64,000 nucleotides of DNA from a virus, in IMG/VR virus record IMGVR_UViG_3300046331_000099, positions 1 through 64,000 of that record. One strand, written 5' to 3'. The notes beneath the pieces were generated by a model that ran no database searches, was not told the DNA's origin, and was given only the letters and a program-made list of their open reading frames with translations. A program made the position numbers and the translations under genes. Position 1 is the first letter of the stretch. Every line of letters begins with the position of its first letter. Shown here in pieces: positions 44,210-54,435 of the stretch.

Positions 44210-44300
44210 ATTATGCCCTAAGTCAAGTGTTTTGTCAAGGGATAAATGAAAACCCCTCTTTGCAGAGGGGTTATTCTAGTTAGAAAACTAAAGGATTACA
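44210..44300 (-). promoter_or_regulatory. early promoter module: TTGACA-17-CATAAT with inverted repeat
   Basis: Same upstream elements as 1281, 11009, 15013. Confidence 0.65.
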
Positions 44301-44856
44301 ATAGTTCTTTAAATGTAAAAGCCATCCATACGTCTAACTTGGTAGAGTTATCAACACGACGCATACATAATGTCAACATATTTGGTGTAGTACCACCATG
44401 CATAGTCGCAGGGGCTTCATCTCCACTTGTATTTTTACCAATCATCACACCACTATGTCGCATAACAGCACCATTAGGGGTAAAACTATTACCTGTGTTA
44501 GAACCATACTTATCTTGATATAATCGATATTGAATTTTTGTGCCAAGACTTGACCAAGATGGAATCGCTGTCCCAGAGATATTTAACTCACCTTCGTACC
44601 ATTCATAAACGATAGTTGATTGATTGGCATTATTATTACCAATTTCATATTCAATAATTTCTAATAAATCTGCAACAGTAGTGCCTGATGGATTAACTCG
44701 AAAACTCATCACTGGGCGCATAGTGTCATCCATAGTCCATCCACGGTTGACGTTTATAGAAGCATTATTATATGCAAATAAAGTTCCAGCTGATTCTGCA
44801 ACAACAGCATTTATATCATTAACAACATTCACGTAATAGTCTTGTTCGTGTGACAT
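44296..44856 (-). CDS. hypothetical protein
   Basis: ORF track. Confidence 0.6.
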   Translation of the reverse strand: MSHEQDYYVNVVNDINAVVAESAGTLFAYNNASINVNRGWTMDDTMRPVMSFRVNPSGTTVADLLEIIEYEIGNNNANQSTIVYEWYEGELNISGTAIPSWSSLGTKIQYRLYQDKYGSNTGNSFTPNGAVMRHSGVMIGKNTSGDEAPATMHGGTTPNMLTLCMRRVDNSTKLDVWMAFTFKELL

Positions 44857-44865
44857 TTAGTTTCC

Positions 44866-45402
44866 TTAGATCGGTAACCAAAGCCAGATGCCTTGGGTCA
44901 TTAGTAATAGGGCAAGAGCGCCCACTCCCCAAGAACCCCAATACATGCGAGTGTCAACTGCAATGATGGAGGCTGATAGTAATACGATAGCTAACTGGAA
45001 TAACATACCAGAGAATGTCAACCATGGGCTATGTAGCTTGGCTTCATTACGCATCTCTTTTAGATGAGTTGCTTTGGCAAGTAGTTCTTTCTTACCTTCC
45101 ATTGACTTTGGGTCAGACTCGTAACGGTCGATCTTCTTTTGTAAAGCAGCCTTACGTTCTGGAGACTTAGCTTCTTCTAATTGACCTTCAGCGATAGCTT
45201 GTTTGATAGACTTGGCTTGAAAGAAGCCATATGTATCACTGGCTTCGATCAAGTTGGTCATGGCAGTGCCACTAAATGAGTTAGAGTAGTAAGTGTTCAG
45301 CGCTAAGAACAACGCCATAACAACGATTACTAAACCTGCTTTGTCTTTGATCGCAGCTTCACGTTCGCTGCGTGTCGGTACTTTTTTGATTTCTTCTGCC
45401 AT
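44866..45402 (-). CDS. DUF4337-like membrane protein
   Basis: ASD.Y.FFQAKSIKQ, QLAIVLLSASI. Confidence 0.75.
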   Translation of the reverse strand: MAEEIKKVPTRSEREAAIKDKAGLVIVVMALFLALNTYYSNSFSGTAMTNLIEASDTYGFFQAKSIKQAIAEGQLEEAKSPERKAALQKKIDRYESDPKSMEGKKELLAKATHLKEMRNEAKLHSPWLTFSGMLFQLAIVLLSASIIAVDTRMYWGSWGVGALALLLMTQGIWLWLPI

Positions 45403-45572
45403 ATAATTCCTTTTCGTTTTGATTATTTATTACTTGATAAAAACTAGAACCTTGGATATAATTACGGCTATACCAACTACGCACATTAAAGCAACACCAC
45501 CTAGGATTATAATAAGCCCTGCAGCCATTGCAAGACTATATTCCATAAGGCTGTCCCATTTCTTTCTAATAG

Positions 45573-46355
45573 TCATCTTCCTGTCCAAACTTTTGGTGCA
45601 GCTTCTTTTCTTCGCTGCTCTTCTGTTTTAGGTATCCAATCAGTTCCAAGATGTGGATACTTTTGGATTCTATCATTAACGACATAAACAAAAATCATAC
45701 CAATAAATGAAGCAAATATTAAACCACAGATACCGATGGCGATTTCAGCACGCAGTTTTTCTAATCGGTGCTTTCTTCTTTTAGCTTCAAGATCTTGATT
45801 TCTCATTTGCTTGGCAACGAGAACACGTTGGGTCTGACCCATGTGCTTCATCATTGCTTCTACTTCAGTGTAAAGAGCGCCGAGTTCAGGTGGGGATTGG
45901 TAGACCATGAGTTCACGTAGATCCACAGACATCTGCTCTAGTTGCTTGCGCATTAGAACACGTTGTAGAGCACGTTTACCAAGAGAGGCTTCGCCAGTGT
46001 ACACTTCGTTCTCAGCACGGCGTTCTTCTTCTTCGAACACAGCCATGCACTTATAGAAGTTATCGTAGTAAGTACCTAGATGTTCACCGATTTCACGGTA
46101 GATACCATCGTGTTCACCAGCGTTGGCTTTCTTGTTTAACTCAATGACTTCGTTCTTTTCACGAATGTATTGGTTCTTCTGCTCTATGGTGGGTGGTTTC
46201 TCAGGTGGGTGTAATTTATGAAACTGTTCGTCAAGATCTTTGAGAACGTCTTTGACTTCGCCAGCAGCACTCTTGATGTCTTTATAGAGCTTGCACCCCT
46301 GCTTCACCGCTGCCACAGCGGAGTTGGCTAACATAAACAGGGTTAGCGGATCCAT
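45573..46355 (-). CDS. hypothetical membrane/coiled-coil protein
   Basis: MDPLT N-terminus, C-terminal TM helix. Confidence 0.7.
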   Translation of the reverse strand: MDPLTLFMLANSAVAAVKQGCKLYKDIKSAAGEVKDVLKDLDEQFHKLHPPEKPPTIEQKNQYIREKNEVIELNKKANAGEHDGIYREIGEHLGTYYDNFYKCMAVFEEEERRAENEVYTGEASLGKRALQRVLMRKQLEQMSVDLRELMVYQSPPELGALYTEVEAMMKHMGQTQRVLVAKQMRNQDLEAKRRKHRLEKLRAEIAIGICGLIFASFIGMIFVYVVNDRIQKYPHLGTDWIPKTEEQRRKEAAPKVWTGR

Positions 46356-46501
46356 ATCACTTCGCCTTGGTGATAGGATTAATGGTTTGGTGGAGGTTTA
46401 TCGAATCAGATTTGATTGATATAGACATAACAAAAAGACCACCACCGTGATCTTTTTTGCACATTGCAAGCCTTTATAGCTGTAAATTCATTACAACATA
46501 T

Positions 46502-47620
46502 TTAGGATTTAGCTTTTTGCAATTCGTCTACTTCTAATTCTATTGTTTTCACTTGAACTGCTGGAGCGCCCCTAACTTTATTCAAGAATGATTGAGCTTT
46601 GCCACCAATGACTTCATCAGTATTCTTAACTTGTTTTCTTGAATATAGCTCTGGTTCCCAGTCCTTAGATGGCTCTTCAACTGTTACATTGAGGTCATCT
46701 TCATTAGTTAGAGCGATGTTCTCTTGTGCTTCTTTAGCAGCTGCAGCCAACGATTTCTCTGGCTCTGGTAGGTCGACTTCTTCCGCAGTATCAACAGTAT
46801 CTTCGATATGAATTTCTATTGGAGCAGGTGGTTCTGGTAATTGGTAATCGTCTTCAGGCTCTGTATCTTTAACATCGTTTCTCTTTAGATTCCAGTTAGC
46901 TGCAATCAGTAAGAGGACTGCCAGTGGATCAAACACAGCAACAATCATCATAGTGACGAATCGAACTGCCTTTTCTAGGATGTCATCACCAAGTTTCTCA
47001 TCGTAGATTACAGCAGCAATGTACTTGATTGGACCTACTTCTGCTTCAACCTTGCGTACTTCAGAAGCGATGGGCGCACGGTGCTCTTGTAAGGCAGCAA
47101 GGTTAACCTGCGATTTGGATATGTCCGCAGCCAATTGACTACGTTCTTTCTGCTGCGATCTACGCAAAGATGCTGCTTTAGTGGCACCGTTTTCATTATC
47201 TGTGCGTGCCATTGTTTGGTCAACAGCCTCATCCATCTGTTTAAGAGCTTTGCGGTTGGCATCAATGTTATCCTTCTCAGTTCTAATCTTCTCATCAACA
47301 ATATTTAATTTAGCCATAACATCACCAGATGGAACAGCTTGATCCAAGTGTGCCTTCGATAAGAAACCGAAGATACCCATTGAAGTTAAGAACATCAGAA
47401 TTAGTAAGGAGATGGTGAAGTAGGTCTTCATTAGTAACGGGATTTCTTTCCAGTTACGATATAACCAAGATGCGATTACTAGTTTAGATGCTCCCAACAG
47501 TGCGCCCATAATAGCGATAGGAATTGGGGCTGAAGCAAAGATAGCCATCAGACCGACGATGGCGTACCATTCGGCGACTGTGGATAATCCTAATGCGATA
47601 GCGAAAAGTAGATATGTCAT
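46502..47620 (-). CDS. membrane coiled-coil protein
   Basis: TM helices, TSMGIFGFLSKAH, EVGPIKYIA, VFDPLAV. Confidence 0.75.
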   Translation of the reverse strand: MTYLLFAIALGLSTVAEWYAIVGLMAIFASAPIPIAIMGALLGASKLVIASWLYRNWKEIPLLMKTYFTISLLILMFLTSMGIFGFLSKAHLDQAVPSGDVMAKLNIVDEKIRTEKDNIDANRKALKQMDEAVDQTMARTDNENGATKAASLRRSQQKERSQLAADISKSQVNLAALQEHRAPIASEVRKVEAEVGPIKYIAAVIYDEKLGDDILEKAVRFVTMMIVAVFDPLAVLLLIAANWNLKRNDVKDTEPEDDYQLPEPPAPIEIHIEDTVDTAEEVDLPEPEKSLAAAAKEAQENIALTNEDDLNVTVEEPSKDWEPELYSRKQVKNTDEVIGGKAQSFLNKVRGAPAVQVKTIELEVDELQKAKS

Positions 47621-48042
47621 AATTTATTCTTGATATGAGAACCATGGACTCGGACAGAGATTTGCCCATTATAGTAGTCGTCTGATTCTAATACTCTCCT
47701 TGAAAATTGTTCTCTTGCTTCTATGTATGAGCACTCAGCTTTAGACTTACAAAAGAATAGAATTTCTCGGGTGAAGTTATCCTTCCCGAGAGTGTCTACG
47801 TCTTTATTTAGTTCTATACTTGAACCATAGTAGTCCATCCAGTCAGAGTCGATCTTGGACTTGATCTTCTTTTTCTTCTTTACACCATTCTTCTGAGTAA
47901 CCGTCTTGTAGGTTGTCTTAGAAAACTTGGCTAACTTCTTACCAACGTACATACGACTGCTGGCTTTGTTCGTAATTAAATAAACAAAGCCAACGCAGTC
48001 TTCGGGTAACTCTTCAACGATAATATTATTAAATGTCCACAT
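47617..48042 (-). CDS. GIY-YIG endonuclease
   Basis: GFVYLITN...YVGKK, YYGSS, YYNG. Confidence 0.85.
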   Translation of the reverse strand: MWTFNNIIVEELPEDCVGFVYLITNKASSRMYVGKKLAKFSKTTYKTVTQKNGVKKKKKIKSKIDSDWMDYYGSSIELNKDVDTLGKDNFTREILFFCKSKAECSYIEAREQFSRRVLESDDYYNGQISVRVHGSHIKNKL

Positions 48043-48055
48043 AGTGGACTATTTA

Positions 48056-48205
48056 TTAGTTCTCCTCGTCGAAGTCTTCCTCTTCATAAATGTCTGCTGA
48101 ACAAACTGGACAATAGACGATATCTGATAGATTGTGGTCGTCACCCTTTACAGTGATTTTACCTTCTGCCTCACAAGATTTACATTCATAGTGTTTTGTA
48201 ATCAT
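48056..48205 (-). CDS. 49-aa zinc-ribbon protein absent from the ORF track
   Basis: CKSC...CPVC; ATGA overlap with the nrdB stop. Confidence 0.65.
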   Translation of the reverse strand: MITKHYECKSCEAEGKITVKGDDHNLSDIVYCPVCSADIYEEEDFDEEN

Positions 48206-49194
48206 TTTGCCCTTCCCCATACATCGTCCCACGTACCACCAAGAGCACCCTTAGCATAGTCAGTAACACGGTTCTCAAAGAAGTTGCCGTGCACTGGTGC
48301 GTTGATCATCTCTTCTACCCATGGTAGTGGATTCTTCTTAACTTTAAAAATACCCTTCATTCCTAATGAGATTAGGCGACGGTCTGCGATATAACGAATG
48401 TATTGCTTAACTTCTGCTGCTGTTAGATCACGCATGTCTGCGCCAGCAAAAGAGAGATCGATGAACTTATCTTCAAGTTCAACCATTTTCTCTGCGATTG
48501 TATATATCTTTCCTTTAAGTTCATCATTCCAAATCTCAGGATTTTCTTTGACGAACTCTTTGAATAGACGAATCATATTCTCAGCATGCATCGTTTCATC
48601 AACGATAGACCATGTAACAATCTGCCCCATACCCTTCATCAAACCATGACGAGGAAAGTTCAATAACATAATGAATGATGAGAACAACTGCATACCTTCA
48701 GTGAAAGCAGAGAACACAGCGATGTGTTCGGCAGTTGACGCTAGTGTTCCATTACGAGAAGACAACTCAGTGACATAATCATGCTTATCTTTCATCTCTT
48801 GGTATTCCAAGAATTGACTATATGTTACTTCAGGAAGACCCAGCGTTTCAATCAAGTGAGAGTAAGCAGCCACGTGTAAACTTTCACGAGCAGCAAACCC
48901 TAGAAGCATCATCCTAATTTCAGGCTGAGGAAAATGGGGAAGGTAATTATTAACGTAACCACCAGCAACGTCAATGTCACCCTGAGTAAAGAATCTAAAA
49001 ATATTAGTAAGGAATGTCTTTTCTTCATTTGTTAGCTTCTTCTTCCAATCTTTAACGTCTTCCATCATTGGCACTTCAGTGTGTAACCAATGCGCCTGTT
49101 CATGTTTTAACCATGCATCATAAGCCCATGGATAGTTGAACGGCTTAAAGTGTGTGCGTTCATCCATCAATTTACTATTATTCTTCTTTACCAT
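48202..49194 (-). CDS. nrdB: ribonucleotide reductase class Ia beta subunit
   Basis: FFTQGD, ESLHVAAYS, EGMQLFSSF, DETMH, NFFE; start at MVKK. Confidence 0.95.
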   Translation of the reverse strand: MVKKNNSKLMDERTHFKPFNYPWAYDAWLKHEQAHWLHTEVPMMEDVKDWKKKLTNEEKTFLTNIFRFFTQGDIDVAGGYVNNYLPHFPQPEIRMMLLGFAARESLHVAAYSHLIETLGLPEVTYSQFLEYQEMKDKHDYVTELSSRNGTLASTAEHIAVFSAFTEGMQLFSSFIMLLNFPRHGLMKGMGQIVTWSIVDETMHAENMIRLFKEFVKENPEIWNDELKGKIYTIAEKMVELEDKFIDLSFAGADMRDLTAAEVKQYIRYIADRRLISLGMKGIFKVKKNPLPWVEEMINAPVHGNFFENRVTDYAKGALGGTWDDVWGRAK

Positions 49195-49384
49195 CGTCCA
49201 ACTCCAACATAATACCGAGTGTGGGATCCACACCGATAGATTTAACTTTTACTGCGCCCTTGTCTGTATAAACATAGACAGGAACGAGTATCTTTTCTTT
49301 ATTAGTCTCAGCTGCGTCTTGCCAATGGAGATATTCTTCTCCCCACAGTTTACGCATCTGAGTAGCTAGATCGTATGCATCCAT
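49178..49384 (-). CDS. hypothetical protein between nrdA and nrdB
   Basis: ORF track. Confidence 0.55.
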   Translation of the reverse strand: MDAYDLATQMRKLWGEEYLHWQDAAETNKEKILVPVYVYTDKGAVKVKSIGVDPTLGIMLELDDGKEE

Positions 49385-51181
49385 TTAACCCTCACAAGCT
49401 AAACATTCGTTGCCTTCTGTCAGTGCATGAAGGTCGATCTCTTTCATAACTTCACGTTCAATACGCTTGCTAACTTTATCAGCCTTAGCGATCTTATCAG
49501 AACGGCAGTAGTACATAGTCTTCAAACCTTGTTTCCACGCTTGGAAATGAACCGCATGGATGTACTTGATGTGAGAATCTGGACGGAAGAACACGTTCAG
49601 AGACTGGGCTTGATCTATAAATACTTGCCTGTCTGCGGCATGCTGGACGACCCAGCGCTGGTCGATTTCCATAGAAGTTTTGAAAACATCTTTTGTCCAG
49701 TCGTCCATCCAATCGATGTGCTGAACTGAACCATCATTCGCAATGATGCTCGACCATACTTCATCTGACCAACCCTCTTTATGATTGACTGCTTCTTTTT
49801 GGATGAGTTCATCTAAGTAGCGGTTCTTGTTTAGGTGAGAACCCGATAGAGTGTCTTGGCGATAAGCATTGGCACGATAAGGTTCAATAGAAGGACTAGT
49901 ATTGCCCATGAGAATGGAAGAAGAAGCATTGGGAGCAATAGCCATAAGATGACTAAAGCGATTCCCAGTACCCACTGCATCGGGCGCTTCACCTCTAAGT
50001 TTTCCCAACGATTGATTAGCTTCATCTAATTTCTCTCTCACGTATTTGAAGATCTGTTTATTCTTTCCTACTGCGATACTTGATTCCCATGGGAGGTTAT
50101 TTTTCTGCAAGAAGGCATGCCAACCCAACGCACCGATACCGATTGATCGTTCACGCATGGCGGAATACTTCGCTCTGGTAATTGAGTCAGGCGCATTATC
50201 AATAAAATACTGAAGAACATTATCAAGCATTTCTGCAATATCAAGAAGGAATAAACTATCGTGTTTCCACTCATCATAATACTCTAAGTTCAAAGAAGAC
50301 AAACAACAAACAGCAGTACGCTCTTCATTTGTTGGTAGAATAATCTCAGAGCAGAGATTGGACTGATGGATCTTTAAACCCAACGCCTTCAGGTGTTGTG
50401 GCATTTTACGATTTGATTCATCAATAAAGTGAATGTATGGCTCACCTGTTTGCATACGCATCTCAAGGATACGTTGCCATAGTTCTTTGGCAGATACACG
50501 CTCACGAACTTCATTAGAAGCTGGATCAACCAAGTCCCATCCATCGTCTGCATGATCATCAACCATAGCACGTTCGATGATTTCCATGAACGCATCAGGA
50601 ATGTTAATACCATGATGAAGATTCAGACAACGCATATTCTGGTCGCCTGTTGGCTTACGCATCTCTAGAAAGGAGATGATATCAGGATGGTCAATACTTA
50701 GGTAAGCAGCGTATGAACCACGACGAGTGCTACCTTGTTTATAAGCTAATGAACTAGCATCATAAGTTTTCAAGTGAGGCATAACACCAGTTGACTTATC
50801 ACTGGCAGAACGAATACCGAAACCGATACCAACACCACCGCCCATCATAGACAACCAACTTGTTTCGCTGAAGTTGTTAACTAATCCTTCAGCCGTGTCT
50901 TCAATGTAGTTGAGGAAACAGGAGATTGGCAGTCCACGCTTGGAGCGACCGAATGAGAGAATTGGAGTACTATACGACAACCAATGTTTACTTGAGTACT
51001 CGTACAGGCGCTGAGCATGGGCTGGGTTGCTACCAAAGGTAGAACTAACAAACGCAAAACGTTCTTGTGGAGATACTTCTCCATCTTTCATGTAACTTTC
51101 TTTTAATCTAATCTTACCTAATTCATCGAATAGACCATCACGTGTGTAGTCTACTGTAATCCCATGCACTAATTCTTGCAT
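49385..51181 (-). CDS. nrdA: ribonucleotide reductase class Ia alpha subunit
   Basis: ISCFL, SNLCSEI, AVCCLSS, APNASSS, YY, C-terminal CLACEG. Confidence 0.95.
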   Translation of the reverse strand: MQELVHGITVDYTRDGLFDELGKIRLKESYMKDGEVSPQERFAFVSSTFGSNPAHAQRLYEYSSKHWLSYSTPILSFGRSKRGLPISCFLNYIEDTAEGLVNNFSETSWLSMMGGGVGIGFGIRSASDKSTGVMPHLKTYDASSLAYKQGSTRRGSYAAYLSIDHPDIISFLEMRKPTGDQNMRCLNLHHGINIPDAFMEIIERAMVDDHADDGWDLVDPASNEVRERVSAKELWQRILEMRMQTGEPYIHFIDESNRKMPQHLKALGLKIHQSNLCSEIILPTNEERTAVCCLSSLNLEYYDEWKHDSLFLLDIAEMLDNVLQYFIDNAPDSITRAKYSAMRERSIGIGALGWHAFLQKNNLPWESSIAVGKNKQIFKYVREKLDEANQSLGKLRGEAPDAVGTGNRFSHLMAIAPNASSSILMGNTSPSIEPYRANAYRQDTLSGSHLNKNRYLDELIQKEAVNHKEGWSDEVWSSIIANDGSVQHIDWMDDWTKDVFKTSMEIDQRWVVQHAADRQVFIDQAQSLNVFFRPDSHIKYIHAVHFQAWKQGLKTMYYCRSDKIAKADKVSKRIEREVMKEIDLHALTEGNECLACEG

Positions 51182-51198
51182 AAAACCTCTTGTTATTC

Positions 51199-51867
51199 TT
51201 ATTCGTTTACAAACTCACCAGCCATAGGGAATACCTCGGCGATGACCTTAGCACATTCTCGTGCCACTTCCATGTGTTCCTTTTGTGTACCGTGCCCTGA
51301 ACGCAGTTCAATAAAGTGAATCCAACTACGTAATGTGCCGTTCATATACAAACGACTTACTGTGTTTCCCTCTGGGAGAATAGCACGAGCTTGTTCTTTT
51401 GCGATACCTTTATCGATCGCTTCAGCGTATGTTGCTTTCACATATTCAATTAGAAACTTTTGCTTCGCATCCCACCATGCTTTTAACTCAGCGTCTGACG
51501 TATCTACACTATTTTGACGATTCTTTGTATCTTGAAGACGGGCTTCCCTTAGAACAAAGTCTAAATCTTTTGTAGGGTCAGCATATCGCTGACTGAATTC
51601 TTGGAATGAAAAGGAGCGATGACGCAAAATTTGTCTTGCGATATCACGAGTTGTTTCGACTTCTAAGCATGCTGATACCATTTCCAATGGTGACCAGTGT
51701 TGATGCTTGATCAAGTAACGAATCAACTTTTCTGATGTCTCTGTGTTGAACTGATTGCTTGGGTTGGATACTCTAGCGCAAAAGCCAATCAACTCTTGCA
51801 CATCCACTAAACCCTCATCATACATCTCACGAGAGGGTTTGCTATAACTAATCATTCTAACGTTCAT
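51199..51867 (-). CDS. thyX: flavin-dependent thymidylate synthase
   Basis: RQILRHRSFSFQEFSQRY. Confidence 0.95.
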   Translation of the reverse strand: MNVRMISYSKPSREMYDEGLVDVQELIGFCARVSNPSNQFNTETSEKLIRYLIKHQHWSPLEMVSACLEVETTRDIARQILRHRSFSFQEFSQRYADPTKDLDFVLREARLQDTKNRQNSVDTSDAELKAWWDAKQKFLIEYVKATYAEAIDKGIAKEQARAILPEGNTVSRLYMNGTLRSWIHFIELRSGHGTQKEHMEVARECAKVIAEVFPMAGEFVNE

Positions 51868-52895
51868 ATTTTCTTCCATGTACTAAATCTAAGTGTCGCT
51901 TCAATTCCTGAAAAGGTATTTGTATTTATCGTTTCGAGAATCTCTTCGGCAGTGTGACCACCTTTAACGATCATATCATTGATATCTTTTTGCTCGATAT
52001 GTTCAGGAAACATACACACACTGTAACCAGCCTTGATGTTTTTACCAAGTAGTCTTACAATGTCCTTTGATCGAGGCTCATTGTCCATTACTAGCGTTGC
52101 ATTAGTAAGAAGGCTCCGCACAGTAGGGGTGTCAAAACTGCTTCCTGACACAGCAATGCAATTGGGGATGAAGAGAGAGTCGAGTGGACCTTCCACAACA
52201 TAGATTCGTTTGCTAAAATCAACTCGGTCGAGTCCATAAATTTTCTCCTCAGTCTCATCGACTTTAATGGTATAATACTTAGGCTGTTCATCTCCGAAGG
52301 CTCTGCCTTGAAAAGCAAAGCACTTACCAGCATTGGTAAAGAACGGGATGATCAGTCGTGGGTGCTCATCGACAATAGGCTCTTGAAACTTTGGTGTAAC
52401 TGAGTTAACAAACGCTTTGAACTTAGGAGCAAAGTAAAGAAGATTCCAAAACTCTCTTGGGATCTTCCTGTCGATTAGGGTCTTCATGGCAGGATGGTTC
52501 AGGGGCAACTTATCCATACGTGTAAGAGACTCGAGGATATCATCCTCAAGTAATTCTGTCTTTGGAGTTTCTAAGACGACCCGAGTATCCTCGATGTCTT
52601 TATGATCATGATAACGGGTAGCGCCAGCTTTGTAACGCTCAAGAACATACTCATCATATAAAGTTGCATCGACATACTTGATAAGATTGCCGATGTTAGA
52701 AGAATAACCACACTTGTGACACTTCACTAAAAGGTCTGCACGTGCACGATAGATGTATCCACGGGCTTTGTTTTTATTGCGCTTGCTGTCGCCACATACT
52801 GGACAACTGTAGTTCCAGAGGTAATCTTCTTTTTGTTTGAAATTTCTTAGGCGACCTCCTAAGATTAGTGCATACTTTGCGTCAATGTATAGCAT
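51864..52895 (-). CDS. T4-type DNA primase (gp61)
   Basis: CPVCGDS...CHKC, FQGR, EGPLDS, DNEPR, KDINDM. Confidence 0.95.
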   Translation of the reverse strand: MLYIDAKYALILGGRLRNFKQKEDYLWNYSCPVCGDSKRNKNKARGYIYRARADLLVKCHKCGYSSNIGNLIKYVDATLYDEYVLERYKAGATRYHDHKDIEDTRVVLETPKTELLEDDILESLTRMDKLPLNHPAMKTLIDRKIPREFWNLLYFAPKFKAFVNSVTPKFQEPIVDEHPRLIIPFFTNAGKCFAFQGRAFGDEQPKYYTIKVDETEEKIYGLDRVDFSKRIYVVEGPLDSLFIPNCIAVSGSSFDTPTVRSLLTNATLVMDNEPRSKDIVRLLGKNIKAGYSVCMFPEHIEQKDINDMIVKGGHTAEEILETINTNTFSGIEATLRFSTWKKI

Positions 52896-52952
52896 AATGA
52901 AAACTCCACGGTAAGGTATTATTATACCCTAACATGGAGTTGCAAGCAAACT

Positions 52953-53309
52953 TTATTTGCCGAAGAACTTGGAGAAGATCTCTAGGTGTCCAACAACATA
53001 TCCCACAGAGATTGCACCACCGACGATCATCCAGCGCCACTGCTCAAGTGTATCTACACGCTTTGCAATTTTTTGGATATCTACACGAAGTTCTTTTTGA
53101 ATCTCTTCGTGTTGTTCAGAAGACTTAGTAGAGTTAGCTGACATCTTTGCAGTCAAACTCTCGTTCATTGTGTCAATTTTCTCCATAATCTCTCTGTTGC
53201 CAGTAGTGATACGGGAGTGAACCTCTTTGACGTCAGCTTTAAGGTCTTTGACATCGTCTTTGATACCTTCTACTTGAGCTTCCAATTTGGCGATTCTTTC
53301 TGTTTCCAT
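52953..53309 (-). CDS. coiled-coil protein with C-terminal TM (lysis-region, XhlA/holin-like candidate)
   Basis: Heptads plus one TM helix, next to spanins. Confidence 0.6.
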   Translation of the reverse strand: METERIAKLEAQVEGIKDDVKDLKADVKEVHSRITTGNREIMEKIDTMNESLTAKMSANSTKSSEQHEEIQKELRVDIQKIAKRVDTLEQWRWMIVGGAISVGYVVGHLEIFSKFFGK

Positions 53310-53318
53310 CGGTGTAGA

Positions 53319-53909
53319 TCACTTATTATAGATTGATTGTTGATCTCTTACCCACTCTTGAAGTGACTTCAGTTGTGCACTTACTTGGTAGTAGAGGGTG
53401 TAGTTCTCTGCGACGGTTGTGGCGACTTCAGAGAGCTTAATTGAGGAGGTTCCTGCATCAACGACTCTGGTGGAGTCGGGAACTTCATTGCGACTGGCAC
53501 TGTCGTGGAGCAAGACGAAACCATTAGGGATAACGCACTGATCATCAGCAGTTTGGTTAATAAATTTTGGGATTTCTTTAATGATTGCATTACCATTCTC
53601 CTTAATCACTTCAACCTTTGTTACATACTTTGTCACTACTCTTGTAGTAGTATCGGCTGATGCAACATCTTTTTTAGCCATTTCTAACTTTGCTTCGGAA
53701 ACTTTGGCTTCCCATCGTTCTTGGTTGGAGATGCCACCTTCCATGTAAAGCCCGAATACCAACAAAAAAGCAGAACCAATTTTCACTGGTAGTAGATATT
53801 TATTAACCAGAGGAATTGAGCCCACGAAAAACGAAATGAACAATCCTACCACACCAACCAGTAAGGTTAAATGGAATATCCAAGATGGTAGGAATTCAAG
53901 TATCCACAT
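53319..53909 (-). CDS. inner-membrane spanin (Rz-like)
   Basis: N-terminal TMs, periplasmic helix, CVIPNGFVLLHD; contains a nested lipoprotein ORF. Confidence 0.7.
   Translation of the reverse strand: MWILEFLPSWIFHLTLLVGVVGLFISFFVGSIPLVNKYLLPVKIGSAFLLVFGLYMEGGISNQERWEAKVSEAKLEMAKKDVASADTTTRVVTKYVTKVEVIKENGNAIIKEIPKFINQTADDQCVIPNGFVLLHDSASRNEVPDSTRVVDAGTSSIKLSEVATTVAENYTLYYQVSAQLKSLQEWVRDQQSIYNK
53381..53596 (-). CDS. outer-membrane lipoprotein spanin (Rz1-like), fully embedded
   Basis: Lipobox VSSC, Pro-rich mature part. Confidence 0.7.
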   Translation of the reverse strand: MVMQSLKKSQNLLTKLLMISALSLMVSSCSTTVPVAMKFPTPPESLMQEPPQLSSLKSPQPSQRTTPSTTK

Positions 53910-53910
53910 A

Positions 53911-54435
53911 TTAACACTTCATTGAAGCACCACGGCGAGCCATGATTTGATACTTCTTGATGTTTTTCTTTTCGATCTTTGGTTCTTGAACAGATACTGG
54001 ACCACCAGTATTGTTTGTTGGTGCGCCTCCTTCACCATCTTCAGCTAAAACTTTGCTAACGATGATTTGTTCTTCAGCAAGAACAACATTACTATCGATG
54101 ATTCGCATAATGTGCTTATAGCGATCTTCCATTAGAGAGGTTGTGCGAGAACCACTCTCATAGTATTCTTTGACTAACCACAGAGCACCAACAAGAGACT
54201 TGGTGCGGTTCTCACCACCTGGAAGACGGTTGATGATTTTCTTCATGTTGAAGACTAGTCGGTTTAGATACGTGTAAGATGATCGTTCTGCATCAGTAGT
54301 AAGAGTGCTTGCTTTACGTAGATTATTGCCTTTATGATCAATGATTCCCATTTTGAACGCATCTGTGTCTTCAAAATTTTGAATAATCATTCTAACGATC
54401 TTTAGCGCTATTAAATTGTCTATCGTGCGACTCAT
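53911..54435 (-). CDS. conserved T4-like hypothetical protein
   Basis: AFKMGIID.KG, RLVFNMKKI. Confidence 0.75.
   Translation of the reverse strand: MSRTIDNLIALKIVRMIIQNFEDTDAFKMGIIDHKGNNLRKASTLTTDAERSSYTYLNRLVFNMKKIINRLPGGENRTKSLVGALWLVKEYYESGSRTTSLMEDRYKHIMRIIDSNVVLAEEQIIVSKVLAEDGEGGAPTNNTGGPVSVQEPKIEKKNIKKYQIMARRGASMKC

Noticed and set aside
48202-51879. Group I introns or inteins in nrdA, nrdB, thyX
   Set aside because: All are continuous and of normal length.
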